Part shown: one piece after another, positions 39,258 to 51,699 of the stretch
Numbering within the stretch: the stretch's first letter is position 1
Layout of the letters: every line of letters starts with the position of its first letter
DNA from: Octopus vulgaris
Lineage: Eukaryota
DNA: 64,000 nt
Direction of reading: 5' to 3'
Assembly: GCA_951406725.2 (NCBI GenBank)
Contig: OX597814.1
Span: 216,442,001 to 216,506,000, forward strand
Notes under the pieces: model-generated
What the model was told of the DNA's origin: nothing
Database searches by the model: none
The model's input: the letters and a program-made list of their open reading frames with translations, nothing else
Translations under genes and position numbers: made by a program

Positions 39258-40295
39258 TGAGTGAGAGAGTAGTGCATGCCATCAAAGTGATACTGGGGTA
39301 AAATATATGAAGCCCAGTATACCCATCATGACTACCCATCTGATAAGGGTACACCAGGCACATGCATCACAACCATATGGGCGCGACATGGTGATCTCAT
39401 ATCAAGATAAACAACGCATAACCTTGCATGTGGAGCCCAGTTAGAATTTTCTTCTGGTCGAATAACCCATCCTGCTCAAAAGGTCCCCAAATAAGAGTTG
39501 TTTAAGGATGTTGAACGAAACACCCATGTTTCCAGAGGTGAATTATTCAAACCCCAAAGAATCCCTCACAACACATGGTTATGATGCTCCCCCACTACTT
39601 CTGCTCATGATCAGAGATGCACATATCGTCAGCCACTAAGAGACATGCTCAACTGGTTACGGTCAAACAACTGACAAGCAAACCCGTGGTATTGAGCAGA
39701 ATATTTGCTATAACCCATCTTTTATAGCAAGACAAAATAAGGTACATGATATCACTTCCAATCAGTTAAGATCAGAAGGCACGAGAGCCACTGCCTGATA
39801 CTGCATCAGGGCATATTATTATTATTGTTGTTGTTGTTATTGAAAGAACAGTGCATGCCATCAAAGTGACACTGGTGTAAAATATACAAAGGTACACCAG
39901 GCACATGCATCACAACTATATGTGCACAACATGGTGATCTCATATCAAGACAAACAAGGCATGATCTTGCAGGTGAGGCCTAATTACAATTTTCTTGAGG
40001 TCGTGTAGCTCATCCCACTCAAAAGGTCAGAGGTGAATTATCCAAACCCCAAAGAATTTTTCTCAACACATGGTTATAATGCTCCTCCACTACTTCTGTT
40101 CATGAGAGATGCACATATTGGCAGCCATCAAGGGACATGCTCAACTGGTTAAGGACAAGCAAATCTGTGGTATGAGCAGAATATTTGCTGTAGCCCATCT
40201 TTTCATACCAAGACAAAACAATGTGGATGATAACACTTCCCTATCATTTAAGATCAAATGCCAAGAGAGCAACTGTCTGGTACGGCATCACATTA
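39258..40295. repeat. Two tandem diverged copies of a ~550-bp interspersed element separated by (TTA)/(TTG) runs
   Basis: gtgcatgccatcaaagtga...ggcacatgcatcacaac...tgagcagaatatttgct...gcatca occurs at ~39258-39815 and, with deletions, at ~39840-40295. Confidence 0.8.
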
Positions 40296-41159
40296 TTATC
40301 AGTATCAATAACATTAATATGCTTAGTTTTGTTTGTTTTTGTATGTATGTACGCGTGGCATGTGTCACACTTATTGCAAAGAAGTGAGTGGTAAAGCGAG
40401 AGAGAGGAGGACAGAGAGGAAGAAAGAGAGAGAGAGAATAAGAGAGAGAGAGAGTGAAAGAGAGAGAGAGAGAGAAAGAGAGGCAGTGATTGGTGTTGAT
40501 GTTTGTATTGTGTTTTGAATGTTGATATGTTACATACACACATTGTTAAATCAAAAGCAGGAGAGGGGAGGGACGCAGAGGAAGTGAGAGAGAAAGTGAT
40601 AGAAACAGTAGATACATAGATCCAAAGAAAAGTTGATACATAGACACGTAATTAAATCAAAGCAAATAACTGCAGCAAATATTGGATGTCACTTTCGCGT
40701 TTCATTACCACACGAGGATAAAATTAACTCGCAAGTCGCTGAGTACTCCACGGACTTGCATATCATTATCTCAGCCTCACACAGAAATTGACAAGGCTTG
40801 CTCCTTTGAATTACAGCTAGAATTCATTTTGGCCAGCTGAGTGAACTGGAGCAAGACAGACCTTCAAGTGATTGGAAGAAAACAAATAAAGATCTTATAT
40901 AGGGGCAGGAAAATCATTTTAATCTTTAGGATCAATATGGATGTTAATCCAATCATAACAGTGGCATTTGTGGGCCTCACAGATCAGGAGGCAAAGCCCC
41001 CAGATCACAGGCTGTTGTTATCAAACTGAGTGTGAGTTGAGGGTGAATACACGACGGAATAGCAATAATTTCGTCTTAGCTTTCATTGATAATGCTAAAC
41101 ACACATTTTTGACTTACGATTTGGAGCATTTCCTTTTCTTTCACTCTTTTTAAAAAATG

Positions 41160-41465
41160 GCACTCCATTGGTTATGATGATGAGGTTCCTGTTTATCTGA
41201 TCAACAAAACAGTTTGCTCATAAAATTAACATGCAAGTGGCTGAATACTCCACAGACATGCATACCATAAGTTAGTTCTCAGGGAGATTCAGCCTCACAC
41301 AGAATGTTACAGGGCTGACCCCTTTGAATTACAGCGACAACTCACTTTTGCAAGCTGAGTACACTGCAGCAAAGTGAAGTAGAGTACCTTGCTCAAAAAC
41401 ACAGTGCACCTCAGGGAATCATTCTCATGATTTTACGATCATGGGCCGAATACACCTAAGCACCT
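41160..41465 (-). mobile_element. tRNA-derived SINE (second family); partial copy at ~40715-40855
   Basis: Shared aaattaac.tgcaagtggctga.tactccac...cctttgaattacag...gctgagt; tRNA-like head at the high-coordinate end. Confidence 0.6.
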
Positions 41466-42024
41466 TCACTCTCTTAACCATAGAGAAAAGGAATGAACTG
41501 AGAGAGACAGAGAAAGGAAAGCCTCAGTCATTTAAAATGACAATTAGACTGGAATACGATCGATCTTTCCTTGCTTCTTTACTCTTAACAATGAAGAAGA
41601 GGGAAAGTCTTTCATTCTGGCAGTTCTAGAACAATCCACTGTTACTTCTCTCTTCTTTCCTCCCATCTCCAGTACTTATTCACCTCCTTTCATAGTTCTT
41701 CATGTCTTTTAGTTGGGGGGAAAGACTACGTTTTTATTTTCAGGCATGTTTAATGTTTTCTCCACAAACTACAATCAAGCCCCCACTCTGTTCTTTTTCT
41801 TTTCATACAAAAACTAATCCAAATTTCGAACAGGGTACAGCTGTGAAAAGAGCCCAGAAAATGAGTAATACCCCCTACAAAATGGGTGGGGGAGAAAAGT
41901 TGCCAACAGGTGGCTACATGAAGTTCAACTCTATACTTTAAAGAGTGTCTTCTACTAAAGAGTGTCTACTGACCAAAGCCTCATGTGTGAATTTGGTAGA
42001 TGGAAACTGAAAGAAGCCTTTCAC

Positions 42025-42062
<38 letters not shown>

Positions 42063-42284
42063 AATAATATAAAAATAACAGGAACCAAGAGGTGGAACGA
42101 AACGACGAATCGGAACGAACCTGACGCGGGGCGCTGTCAGACAATAATGTGATAAATAAAAATATATGCATACATACAAACATATATGTACGTACCTACA
42201 TCTACATGTATATATACATGCATATATAAATAATTATACGTGAGTACATATATATATGTATATATATATATCTATATATCTATA

Positions 42285-42376
<92 letters not shown>

Positions 42377-42560
42377 TGAGGAATGGTGAATGGGGAAAGC
42401 TTGGTCTGCAATGTTTGCAGCCATGTATGCTTGTCAAGAACAGGCCTCATCACTCACCAACAGAGCCACAAATGCAAAATATAAGTTAGTCCCAGAGTGC
42501 ACAATGTTCCTGAAGGTCAGCAATGGTCTTCCTTGGTCACGAGTGGACGACCATCATATA

Positions 42561-42594
<34 letters not shown>

Positions 42595-42731
42595 AATATG
42601 TAATATTTTTTTGTTTATCGCTCGAAGATTGACCGTTATTTGTAAAGGGCCAATCAAACAAGTCCATTTTTTTTTAAAGGTGTAGCGTTTGTAAGAGTCT
42701 GGATTGAATTGATATATCGGTTCCATTCTAG

Positions 42732-42781
42732 CAAAAACTGTCTGATGAACGGCAACGAGAAACTCAGAGTAACAGATTTTG
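42732..42781 (+). ncRNA. Minimal type I hammerhead ribozyme in 5' pLTR
   Basis: caaaaactgt-CTGATGA-acg-gcaa-cga-GAAA-ctc-a-gag-TA-acagattttg; predicted cleavage after GUA at 42771. Confidence 0.85.
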
Positions 42782-42947
42782 TTGAATTTTCTGCTGCTTT
42801 AAATAAAGCATATTACTCTACCACTGGTATTTGAGTACTCTTTTTTTCCGCCTTGTTTCACATTTATGTGTTTACTCTGGTGTAACCCGCTCCTTATAAA
42901 AGTTTGAGCGACTCTGCACAAGAAGGAAGAACAATCAGCTGAAAAAG

Positions 42948-45083
42948 ATGGAACTTTACCCGCTGGATTTTTCTCAGAAAAATATACCTATCCCTGCACG
43001 GAAGCAATATCTCAAAGGTCTTATAGAGAAAACGGAAGAGTTTATTCGAAGATTGAGATGGAAAGCCTTCTTCTTTGATACTAAACAGAAAACAGACAGA
43101 AACAAACGTGGATTTAAATCTCCCAGAAACCCGCCACCTATTCCGGAATTAGAAGCCTTCGAGAAAGACCTTTTCGAACTCATTAGGAAAATTAAATTCC
43201 ACAAATATAGCAACCAATTACAGAGAAATATGAGAGAAAAAATTAAGGAGATTAACAACTCAAATAAGATCTTCGTTAATTCTGATAAGACAAGGAACTT
43301 ATATGCACTTGATAAGGATGTTTACAAGCATCTAATTTCGAATAGTGTCACAAATACATACAAAAAAGATAACACGAATATATACAAAGAGGTGAACTTA
43401 GAAGCAAGAGGAATAGCTAACGATCTTAAAATTAGCGATAGGATTGAATATCTTTCACCACGACCAGCTTTTATTACTCTAAAAGACCATAAAGCCAATT
43501 TTAATAGAAACCCCAAATGTAGATTGATAAATCCGACTAAAACTGAGATAGGAATTATTAGCAAAAATATTTTGGACCGTATTTTAGCTAAGTTAGATAG
43601 TGAAGTTGACTTGAAAATTTGGAAGAATAGTAAGTCAGTCATAGAGTGGTTTAAAGGTATTAGCTATAAGAATAACTGTAGTTTCACACAATTCGACATT
43701 ATTGACTTTTACCCGTCAATATCTAGGACGTTGCTCCTAAGGGCATTGGACTTCGCCAAGCAGTATGTCAGCATCGATAGCTCGGAAATTGATATTATTA
43801 TGCATGCGAGGAAATCGCTTCTTTTTTTCGAGGATTCCACCTGGATTAAGAAGACTGAGGATTCTCTTTTCGATGTACCGATGGGGGCATACGACGGGGC
43901 TGAGTTATGTATGCTCATAGGAGCCTTTATTCTTCATAATCTAAAAATAGAATTCCCATTTATAGATGCAGGTTTATATAGGGATGACAGCCTTATAGCC
44001 ACGCATAATCTAAACGGCCATGAATCAGATAGACTTAGGAAGGACCTTATTGCTTTCTTTCAAAGGATGGGCTTACGGGTTACAATAGATGCTAACCTAA
44101 ATAGTGTAGATTTTTTAGACGTAAATTTTAATGTAAGGTCGGATAGATTTAAACCTTTCCGTAAGCCCAATGAAAAGCTATCGTATATTAGCAAAGATTC
44201 GAACCATCCACCAGTTATCCTTAGGAACTTAGTCAGCAATGTAGGTAGAAGAATATCTTCAATTTCTTCGGACGAGGCAGCATTCCATAATGCTGCACCT
44301 TATTACGATAGCGCATTAAAGAATAGTGGATTCTCTGAGAAGATCCAATACAGCCAGCTTAATGCTGATAATAATGCTGCACGAAGAACTAGGACCAGGA
44401 AAGTTTTGTGGGTCAACCCGGCTTTTAATTTGGTCGTAAAGACTAATATAGGTAAGGAATTTTTGAGATTAGTCTCTAAGCATTTTAAGCATGGCCATAA
44501 ATTCTATAGGATATTTAATAGAAGAACCCTGAAGGTTAGCTATTCTTGTTGCAGAAATTTCGCCTCTTACATTAGCCAACATAATAGGAATCTGATTGAG
44601 ATTAGACATGGTGCCGAGCCCATTAAGAAATGCAATTGCAAAAACGAAAACTCCTGTCCATTAGAAGGGAAATGTCTAGTGAAAGGAGTAGTTTATAGAG
44701 CCAAGGTGCAAATAGAAGGCTCATCGGAATACAAGACATATACAGGGGCTTCAGAAAATTCATTTAAAACACGATTTTATTCGCATAAAAATTCATTTAG
44801 ATACCCAGAGAATAGGAAGAGGACCAGCCTAGCAAAATATGTCTGGGAACTAAAAGAAAAGGAAACCCCACCTTTCAACATGACATGTAGCATTCTGGAC
44901 AGAGCGGCACCATACAGGCATGGAGCGCACAGGAATAATTTTAAATGCAAGCTTTGTCTATTAGAGAAACTGTATATTTTATTCAAAGACAATAATTCTT
45001 TGAATCAAAGAAGTGAGCTAATGAACTTATGTAGACACGCAACCAAATTTAAAATGTCAAATATAAATATACCATATGGTTAG
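42948..45083 (+). CDS. Penelope-like RT + GIY-YIG endonuclease polyprotein, 711 aa
   Basis: FSQKNIPIP, RRLRWKA, SDKTRNLY, FITLKDHK, CRLINP, FDIIDFYPSI, DVPMGAYDGAE, GLYRDD, VDFLDV, SNHPP; CNC..CPLEGKC, VVY..YTG, FKTRFYSH, CKLCLLEK, CRH. No stops. Confidence 0.95.
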   Translation: MELYPLDFSQKNIPIPARKQYLKGLIEKTEEFIRRLRWKAFFFDTKQKTDRNKRGFKSPRNPPPIPELEAFEKDLFELIRKIKFHKYSNQLQRNMREKIKEINNSNKIFVNSDKTRNLYALDKDVYKHLISNSVTNTYKKDNTNIYKEVNLEARGIANDLKISDRIEYLSPRPAFITLKDHKANFNRNPKCRLINPTKTEIGIISKNILDRILAKLDSEVDLKIWKNSKSVIEWFKGISYKNNCSFTQFDIIDFYPSISRTLLLRALDFAKQYVSIDSSEIDIIMHARKSLLFFEDSTWIKKTEDSLFDVPMGAYDGAELCMLIGAFILHNLKIEFPFIDAGLYRDDSLIATHNLNGHESDRLRKDLIAFFQRMGLRVTIDANLNSVDFLDVNFNVRSDRFKPFRKPNEKLSYISKDSNHPPVILRNLVSNVGRRISSISSDEAAFHNAAPYYDSALKNSGFSEKIQYSQLNADNNAARRTRTRKVLWVNPAFNLVVKTNIGKEFLRLVSKHFKHGHKFYRIFNRRTLKVSYSCCRNFASYISQHNRNLIEIRHGAEPIKKCNCKNENSCPLEGKCLVKGVVYRAKVQIEGSSEYKTYTGASENSFKTRFYSHKNSFRYPENRKRTSLAKYVWELKEKETPPFNMTCSILDRAAPYRHGAHRNNFKCKLCLLEKLYILFKDNNSLNQRSELMNLCRHATKFKMSNINIPYG

Positions 45084-46226
45084 AGTGTATATTTTGTATT
45101 TTTGATTTTTGAAATTTTGATTTTGACTCTTGGACTAGTATGTAAACGCGACGATGGATTTGTTTCGCGCTATGCAGATTTCATTCCGTATAGCAAAGTC
45201 TCATGCATATATTTTGTTTATATTTCTACATATACATTAGGAAAAACCTTCGGCTTTGTTTATTTCATGTTATTGTATTGTATGGGATTACCTTGATTTT
45301 TAATTTATAGATGATCCAAAATAGGGTGTTATATTTTATGTCTTTCGTATATTTTTCATTATTGCACTCACCTTTTTGTAAAAAGCAATGTTGTCAAAAA
45401 TTAGAATTTTGATGTAAATATGTGTATAGCCATGGATATGTATTTGTAAGCATGCGTCTCTGTGTATGTGTAAGTGAGCGTATGTTTGTGCTTAAGCACA
45501 CACATAGACGACTGTATGTGTATGTATCCATTCGAACTTGTGTATTTGTATACTTGTCTCCATATATGTCAATAACGTGGTTATACAGCTTGTATACATA
45601 ATTTTTCTTATTTCGTTTTTTTCCCCAACCCTCCTTTTTCTTTTTTCCTTCCCCCTTCTTCGTTCCTTTTTCTCTCTCTTCCTTTCTTTCGTTTTTTCTC
45701 TAACTGATACTGGTGCATACAACTTTACGTCTCCCTCACTTAAGCTTTACTCCGTAAATAAGAAACGCTACATTAGCATCAATGATTTTAACTTGCGTGC
45801 AAGATAGATTGCGTACATATATGTATGCATGCATTTGTGTGTATATTTTATATTTATATTTATACGTCTGTATATGTATGGCGTTTGCACGCATCCTTCT
45901 GTGTATGTTGATATATATATGTACACTTTAATATGAATATGTATTGCAGTGTAATATTTACAATGCGTTTTAATTTCCATGCATTAATTATATTTCCTTC
46001 ATTAACGTCAATATGTATTTTATTCAATGTAAGGTTTTTTCCTCAAATTTTATAATTTTTATAATTTTTTTATATATATATACATATATTTTTAAGCTCA
46101 TTTTTTTTGTTTATCGCTCGAAGATTGACCGTTATTTGTAAAGGGCCAATCAAACAAGTCCATTTTTTTTAAAGGTGTAGCATTTGTAAGAGTCTGGATT
46201 GAATTGATATATCGGTTCCATTCTAG

Positions 46227-46276
46227 CAAAAACTGTCTGATGAACGGCAACGAGAAACTCAGAGTAACAGATTTTG
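46227..46276 (+). ncRNA. Minimal type I hammerhead ribozyme in 3' pLTR
   Basis: Identical to the 42732-42781 copy; GUA at 46264-46266. Confidence 0.85.
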
Positions 46277-46714
46277 TTGAATTTTCTGCTGCTTTAAATA
46301 AAGTATATATATATATATGTTGGATGGTTTGGAGATGATGTACAGGTATTATATATTAGAAGAAATGAGGTACTCAGAAAATCGGATGGTTTACATTTAC
46401 AGATATTTATTTGTATATTACATTTTTTATATATATATCATATCAGTTAGATCATTAGCGCTTTCTCCCATTCTAGTGGGGTTTTCAAATCAAACTAAGT
46501 TCCTGTGTGAGGAGTTTTGACCATTTTATAGTGGTATTGAGTTTGTAGTGGTGGGGAGGAATATAAGACAGTACAAGAGGGTGATGGATGAGGAGAAAGT
46601 GAGAGAGAGAACATGTGTGGGTGTGTGTGTGTGTTTTTGAATTTGGGATGTGTGCTAAAGAAAAAGAGGGGAAGGGAGAGGGAAGAAGAAGAAAAGAATT
46701 TTTTTGGTCTGCTG

Positions 46715-47580
46715 GACCAGCGCCACCTCCACTGGCTTCCGTGCCGGTGGCACATAAAATACACCAATCCGACCGTACAACAGGCACCCATGCCAACCCC
46801 CTTTGCTTGCGAAGACATGTTGGGGCAAGCGAAATCGGAATCAAATTGAACCAGCCAGGATCCCTGGTCTGGTGGTACGTAAAAAGCACTATCCGACTCG
46901 TGGCCGATGCCAGCGCCGCCTCGACTGGCTTCCGTGCCAGTGGCACATAAAATACACCAATCCAACCGTGGCCGTTGCCAGCCTCGCCTGGCACCTGTGC
47001 AGGTGGCACGTAAAAGCACCCACTACACTCATGGAGTGGTTGGCGTTAGGAAGGGCATCCAGCTGTAGAAACATTGCCAGATAAGACTGGAGCCTGGTGC
47101 AGCCTTCTGGCTTCCCAGATCCCCGGTCGAACCGTCCAACCCATGCTAGCATGGAGAACGGACGTTAAACTATGATGATGATGATGATGAATGTGTGTGT
47201 GTGTGTATCATCATCATCATCGTTTAACGTCCATTTTCCATGATAGCATGGGTTGGACGATTTTGACTGAGGGCTGGCAAACTAGATGGCTGCACCAGGC
47301 TCCAATCTTGATTTGGCAGAGTTTCTACAGCTGGATGCCCTCCCTAACACCAACCACTCTAAGAGTGTAGTGGGTGCTATTTACGTGCCACCGGCATGGG
47401 GGCCAGTCAGGCGGTACTGGCACCGACCTTGCTCGAATCTTTGTACACATGCAGACAGCACAGGTGCAAGTAAGGCGATGTCGGTAACGAACATGCTCGG
47501 ATGGTACTCTTGGCCCCCTACTAGCACGAGGCTCAAGTGCCAGTAAGGCAACGCTGGTAACAATCACACTTGAATGGTTC
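46715..47580. mobile_element. Two RTE 3' ends in tail-to-tail inverted orientation
   Basis: 46715-47190 (+, ends in (atg)n) and 47207-47580 (-, begins (cat)n), separated by a short (tg)n. Confidence 0.85.
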
Positions 47581-47612
47581 CTTTTATATATATATGGATA
47601 TATGTACATATG

Positions 47613-47662
<50 letters not shown>

Positions 47663-48178
47663 AGGTCACTTATGAGATTTTCTTAAGTGCTACTGGTAAC
47701 ATGGAATCCAGTAAAACATGTTGCATGGTTGGGTATGTCGGCGACTAAACTGGCACACCCACCAGAATATCCTGGTGAGGAGGGTTGCTAGAAACCCAGC
47801 AAGATTACAAACAAGACCTGCTGAAAAGTCGGATGAACCTAATGCAATAGACCGCATATGCAGAATTTCCGGGATGGTGTCTGGCGTGCTGACAAACCAC
47901 TGGGAGTGAGGTGCCCCTCAGCTTCTGTTGAAGCATGTCTCTAGAAGAAGGTCATTCTGATATAAAACCAGATATGCAGGGAATGGCATTGGACATTTTG
48001 AGGATATTTGGTTTGTGCTAGAGATCATAGCATTCGCACATCCTCGAGCCTGTGGTGCATATTGGGATCAGACATATTGCTCCAGCTTGTCTCTGGATAA
48101 TGTCAATAAAGTGGACTACAGCTCTGGACAGGCATTGCTGACCTCTGTTCGATGTGTGCTGATTTTTCCCCCAATATC

Positions 48179-48234
<56 letters not shown>

Positions 48235-48334
48235 TTTATTTATTTATTTTATTTTCAGTATATATGTATCTTTATTCTTAGTATATATTTATATATGTAT
48301 TCATTTTTAGTATATTTTTATTTTATTTTTATTC

Positions 48335-50062
48335 GGAAGTCCTACAGTGAGGGCAAGGTGGTGAAGCAAGCAGACCTTACAGGTTGGAAGCATGTAGTCA
48401 GCGACCTGCATGTAGGCGGCCCATGCGAGATATAAAATCGTCTCCTTGCCGCCCAAGACATTGGAAAAATTCAGTTGCTGCATGGGTGTCTGACCAGTTC
48501 CATTTGGAGAGGGCACCACTCACCTGGAGGACCTGGGAGGTTGTAGAAAAGGTGAACCAAAAATTGCCTGTCTTTCTATATCTGGTCAGATTAGCATGAC
48601 TGAAACAAAATCTATGCTATTTTAGTCCAGAGGCTGCTTGTACACAAAAGCAAATTGAATGCTGGATCAGGAATGAACCCAACAGAAGGGGATTCTGACA
48701 ATGAATGAGAGCCAAATGGAATGAGATAGGACTCTTCAAAACAAGTGAGCAATTGTTAGCCGACCAGGCAAGAGCAATTAGAGAAAAAAGGTGGTTAACG
48801 GACATGGAAATTGAAGAGATAAAAAGAAAAGTAGAAAGGAGAAATAATCCTTCACCAACAGATAATGTGCCCAGTGAGAACAGAGAAATAAATAAGGGCA
48901 GTGAAGATGTAGAGCAAAGTGTAAACGTAAATGCATTCTCCACAAATTAAGCAGAAGTAATAGGAAGAGCTGTATCCCAATAATACGGTGATGCCCAACA
49001 AGACGTAGAGAGGATATATTTGAGAAGACCAGGATCAAGACCCTTCCCCCCATAATCTGAGGTACATTGACCAATGCAAGATCAAGGTTGAAACCATAAA
49101 GATAGATTCAGTTCTTGGGCTGTTCCATACGAGAAATATCACTGAAACTCACAAGATTATTTGGGGTGCAGCAACTGTTGCTGCAGATAGAATTGGATAG
49201 AAAAGGAAAGTACAAACAGAACGTAAAGAACCGTTCTGATGTAGAGGAATTTGTAAGGAACAAAGACATTTAGGACAAGTTGATAGATTGAGAAGGGGGG
49301 AATTGCAGAATGAAAGTATAAGAATTATGCTGGAAAGGACAGATGGAATAAGAGATAAATTGTATGATGAGATATTGGAAGACATGAAACAAAGAGTTGG
49401 AGCAATCAAAGCAAAACAGGAAAGATATGACAATAGAAGAAAATAATTCAAGCAGAACAGATTGTTAGAAGCATATCAGAAGTAACTGTTTCAGGAACTG
49501 GATGGGCAATTACACATAACAATGATACCAGAAGCAGAGAGGAAAGTAGGGCATTTTGGAGAGAGATCTGGTACCAATCTGCAGATGATAATAATGAAGC
49601 AGAGTGGCTGCATGAAATCCAAGATAGGTTAAGAAATATAGAAGGCAAAAAAGACATAAAAATAACTACAGAAATGATAAAAAAAAGCAGTTAAGAAAAT
49701 TCCCAAATTGGAAAAGCCCAGGACTGGATGGGGTCCCAGATTATTGGATGAAGAAGCTGAGAGGGATCCATCAAAGGAGAGTGCAACAGCTAGATGAGTG
49801 CTTGCAGGAAGGTGCAGTACCCAGCTGGAAGACAAAGGGAAAGACATTGTTATGTGCCAAGGATCCTGGAAAGGGAAATGTTGCATCCAACTTTAGAACA
49901 ATAAAATACTTTCTGCTCACATGGAAACTAATGTCAGGTCATTTGGCTGCTGAACTGTACAGATGCTTGGGAAAAAGTGGGCTGCGACCCATTAAACAGA
50001 AAAGGTACAGTAAAAGGAGCAAGGAAACGAAGGATCAGCTCTTGATTACTAATCTAATTATC
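48335..50062 (+). mobile_element. R4/Dong-like LINE, 5' half
   Basis: SEQLLADQARAIREKRWLTDMEIEEIK (N-terminal Myb-like), IPNWKSPGLDG, KGKTLLCAKDP..NFR, ending at RSKETKDQLLITNLII. Confidence 0.85.
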
Positions 50063-50290
50063 AATAAAATAAATACCAGTTGAGCACTGGGGTTAATGTA
50101 ATTGACTTAGCCACACACTTGAAATTGCTGGCCTTGTGCCATAATTTGAAACGAAAATTTCAGTGATGTTTATGGTCAATAAAATAAGTACCAGTTGAGC
50201 ACTGGGGTTGATGTAATTGACTTAGCCACTCTCCTGAAATTGCTGGCCTTGTGCCAAAATTTGAAACCAAAATTCCAGTGATGTTTATGG
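50061..50290 (+). repeat. 115-bp tandem duplication of a SINE tail plus flank
   Basis: tcaataaaataa.taccagttgagcactgggg...cagtgatgtttatgg at 50061-50175 and 50176-50290. Confidence 0.9.
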
Positions 50291-50327
50291 TAAATATTCA
50301 TGAAAGACGTATTCTATCTGGTCTCAG

Positions 50328-51319
50328 ATTTTTTAAGCAGGCAGAAAGACAATCTGAAGATCTACAAGTCAGAATTCATGGTAACAAAGTTATTTTTGAA
50401 GGCCAGTATTCCGAATTAGCTACTTGTCTCAAGAATATGTATAAAATTCTTCAGTCAATTGTTAAATCCAAAGTGCGTTTGCCTTTAAATACTGGAATGA
50501 TCATAAATAAAAAACCAGTGAAAGAATATCTTGATGAAGAACTGAGAAACAAGAAATGTATTGGTTCATGGGAAACGGGTGATGGTGATTCAGTATTATT
50601 TTATGCAAGTGATAAAACACATCTTTCACTTTTGGAAGAAATTATGAAAGAAACTTTTGTTGCCAACACACTGGATTTTGTAGACAAAATTTAGGATTCT
50701 CCAAATTATGGAAAGTGGCTGACATTTGTTGAAAGTCTAAAAGAAGAGTTTCCAGATTCCCATTTTATTGGAGAAAATTCTATTGTTGCTATTGATGCTG
50801 TAGTTGATGTTATAAAACACAAAATTGATAACTTTAAGCAATCTTTAACGTATGAATCTTATATATCGATGAATCATGCACATTTCCTCTCTTTTACAGA
50901 GTTCAAAGAACAGAAAATCAATGATTTTAGTGAAGAAAATAAAATTAAGAATGTGGGTCTCAAACATAATAAGTTACACCTGAAAGGAACACAAGAGCAA
51001 ATTAGGAAAATGGAAACATGTTTAGAAAATTTAAGAAAAGATATCATCTCAAAAGTTGGAACATTTAGATCTCAAGAAACCCAGAAAAGTGAAGAAGGAA
51101 AAAATTTCTTATGGGAAAAGCAGAAGAAATCTGAGAGTATAAAATTAAATTCAGATTTAGAAAGTGAAACAGAAGAAATACTTAATTTTGTGTATAAGAA
51201 CTGTGAAATCGTGTTGAGGGAAGGTGACATCACGACTCTGGACACAGATGCTATTGTTAATGCTGCAAATGGTAGATTGGAACATATGGGAGGTGTTGCA
51301 GCAGCCATTGTGCAGAAAG
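50328..51319 (+). pseudogene. PARP14-like large exon (KH-like region to macrodomain N-terminus) with internal TAG
   Basis: ORFs 50251-50694 and 50869-51324 are in the same frame, separated only by TAG 50692-50694. Ends EGDITTLDTDAIVNAANGRLEHMGGVAAAIVQK G|GTTAGT. Candidate acceptor AG 50326-50327 (phase 2). Confidence 0.85.
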
Positions 51320-51699
51320 GTTAGTAATACCATTTTTTATAGTTAATGTTTCTTTTTAGATCCAAGTGTGGTTGAGAAGCTAACTTCCTGATCACGTGGT
51401 TTCAGGTTCAATTCCACTCACAGCATTTTGGACAAGTGTCTTCTGTTATAGGTCAGTGGTTGGCCAAAGCCTTGGGAGTGGATTTCGTTGAAAGAAACTG
51501 AAAGAAGATCATCATGTATGTATGCATGAACATGTTAACTTTCTTTTAAAAACCGTTACTTGTGCAGATGCATTTTCTTTTTATAATTATTATTTTTATC
51601 TTATTTGTGTGCATGTGTGTGTTAATATATTTGAAAAACAACATAACCATTAGATTTATATAGACAATGCTTTCAATACAGTTAGCGGTAAGTAAATTA

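Larger units (their letters stand above)
42605..46303 (+). mobile_element. Intact Penelope-like element (Naiad-type) with direct pseudo-LTRs, inserted in TA microsatellite
   Basis: ~204-bp direct repeats 42605-42808 and 46100-46303 (one substitution plus T-run length differences) flank a single long ORF; TA-rich runs on both sides. Confidence 0.92.

Noticed and set aside
45084-46100. Possible selenoprotein/SECIS in the Naiad element
   Set aside because: Some Naiads use UGA-Sec, but this ORF has Cys at the endonuclease Cys positions, no in-frame TGA, and ends in TAG. No convincing SECIS by eye.
47680-47800. HDV-like ribozyme in an RTE-type 5' UTR motif (homolog reversed at ~55720-55830)
   Set aside because: Some pairings exist (ccagt/actgg, catg/catg) but I could not build a valid P3/L3/P1.1 by eye. 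An RNArobo or Infernal search is needed.
50251-50327. ORF start MPKFETKIP as the real protein start
   Set aside because: It begins at a GTG inside a SINE tail; ORF-caller artefact.
50692-50694. Programmed readthrough or A-to-I recoding of the TAG
   Set aside because: No readthrough context or evident hairpin; pseudogenisation of a duplicated block is simpler. RNA-seq showing TGG would reopen this.
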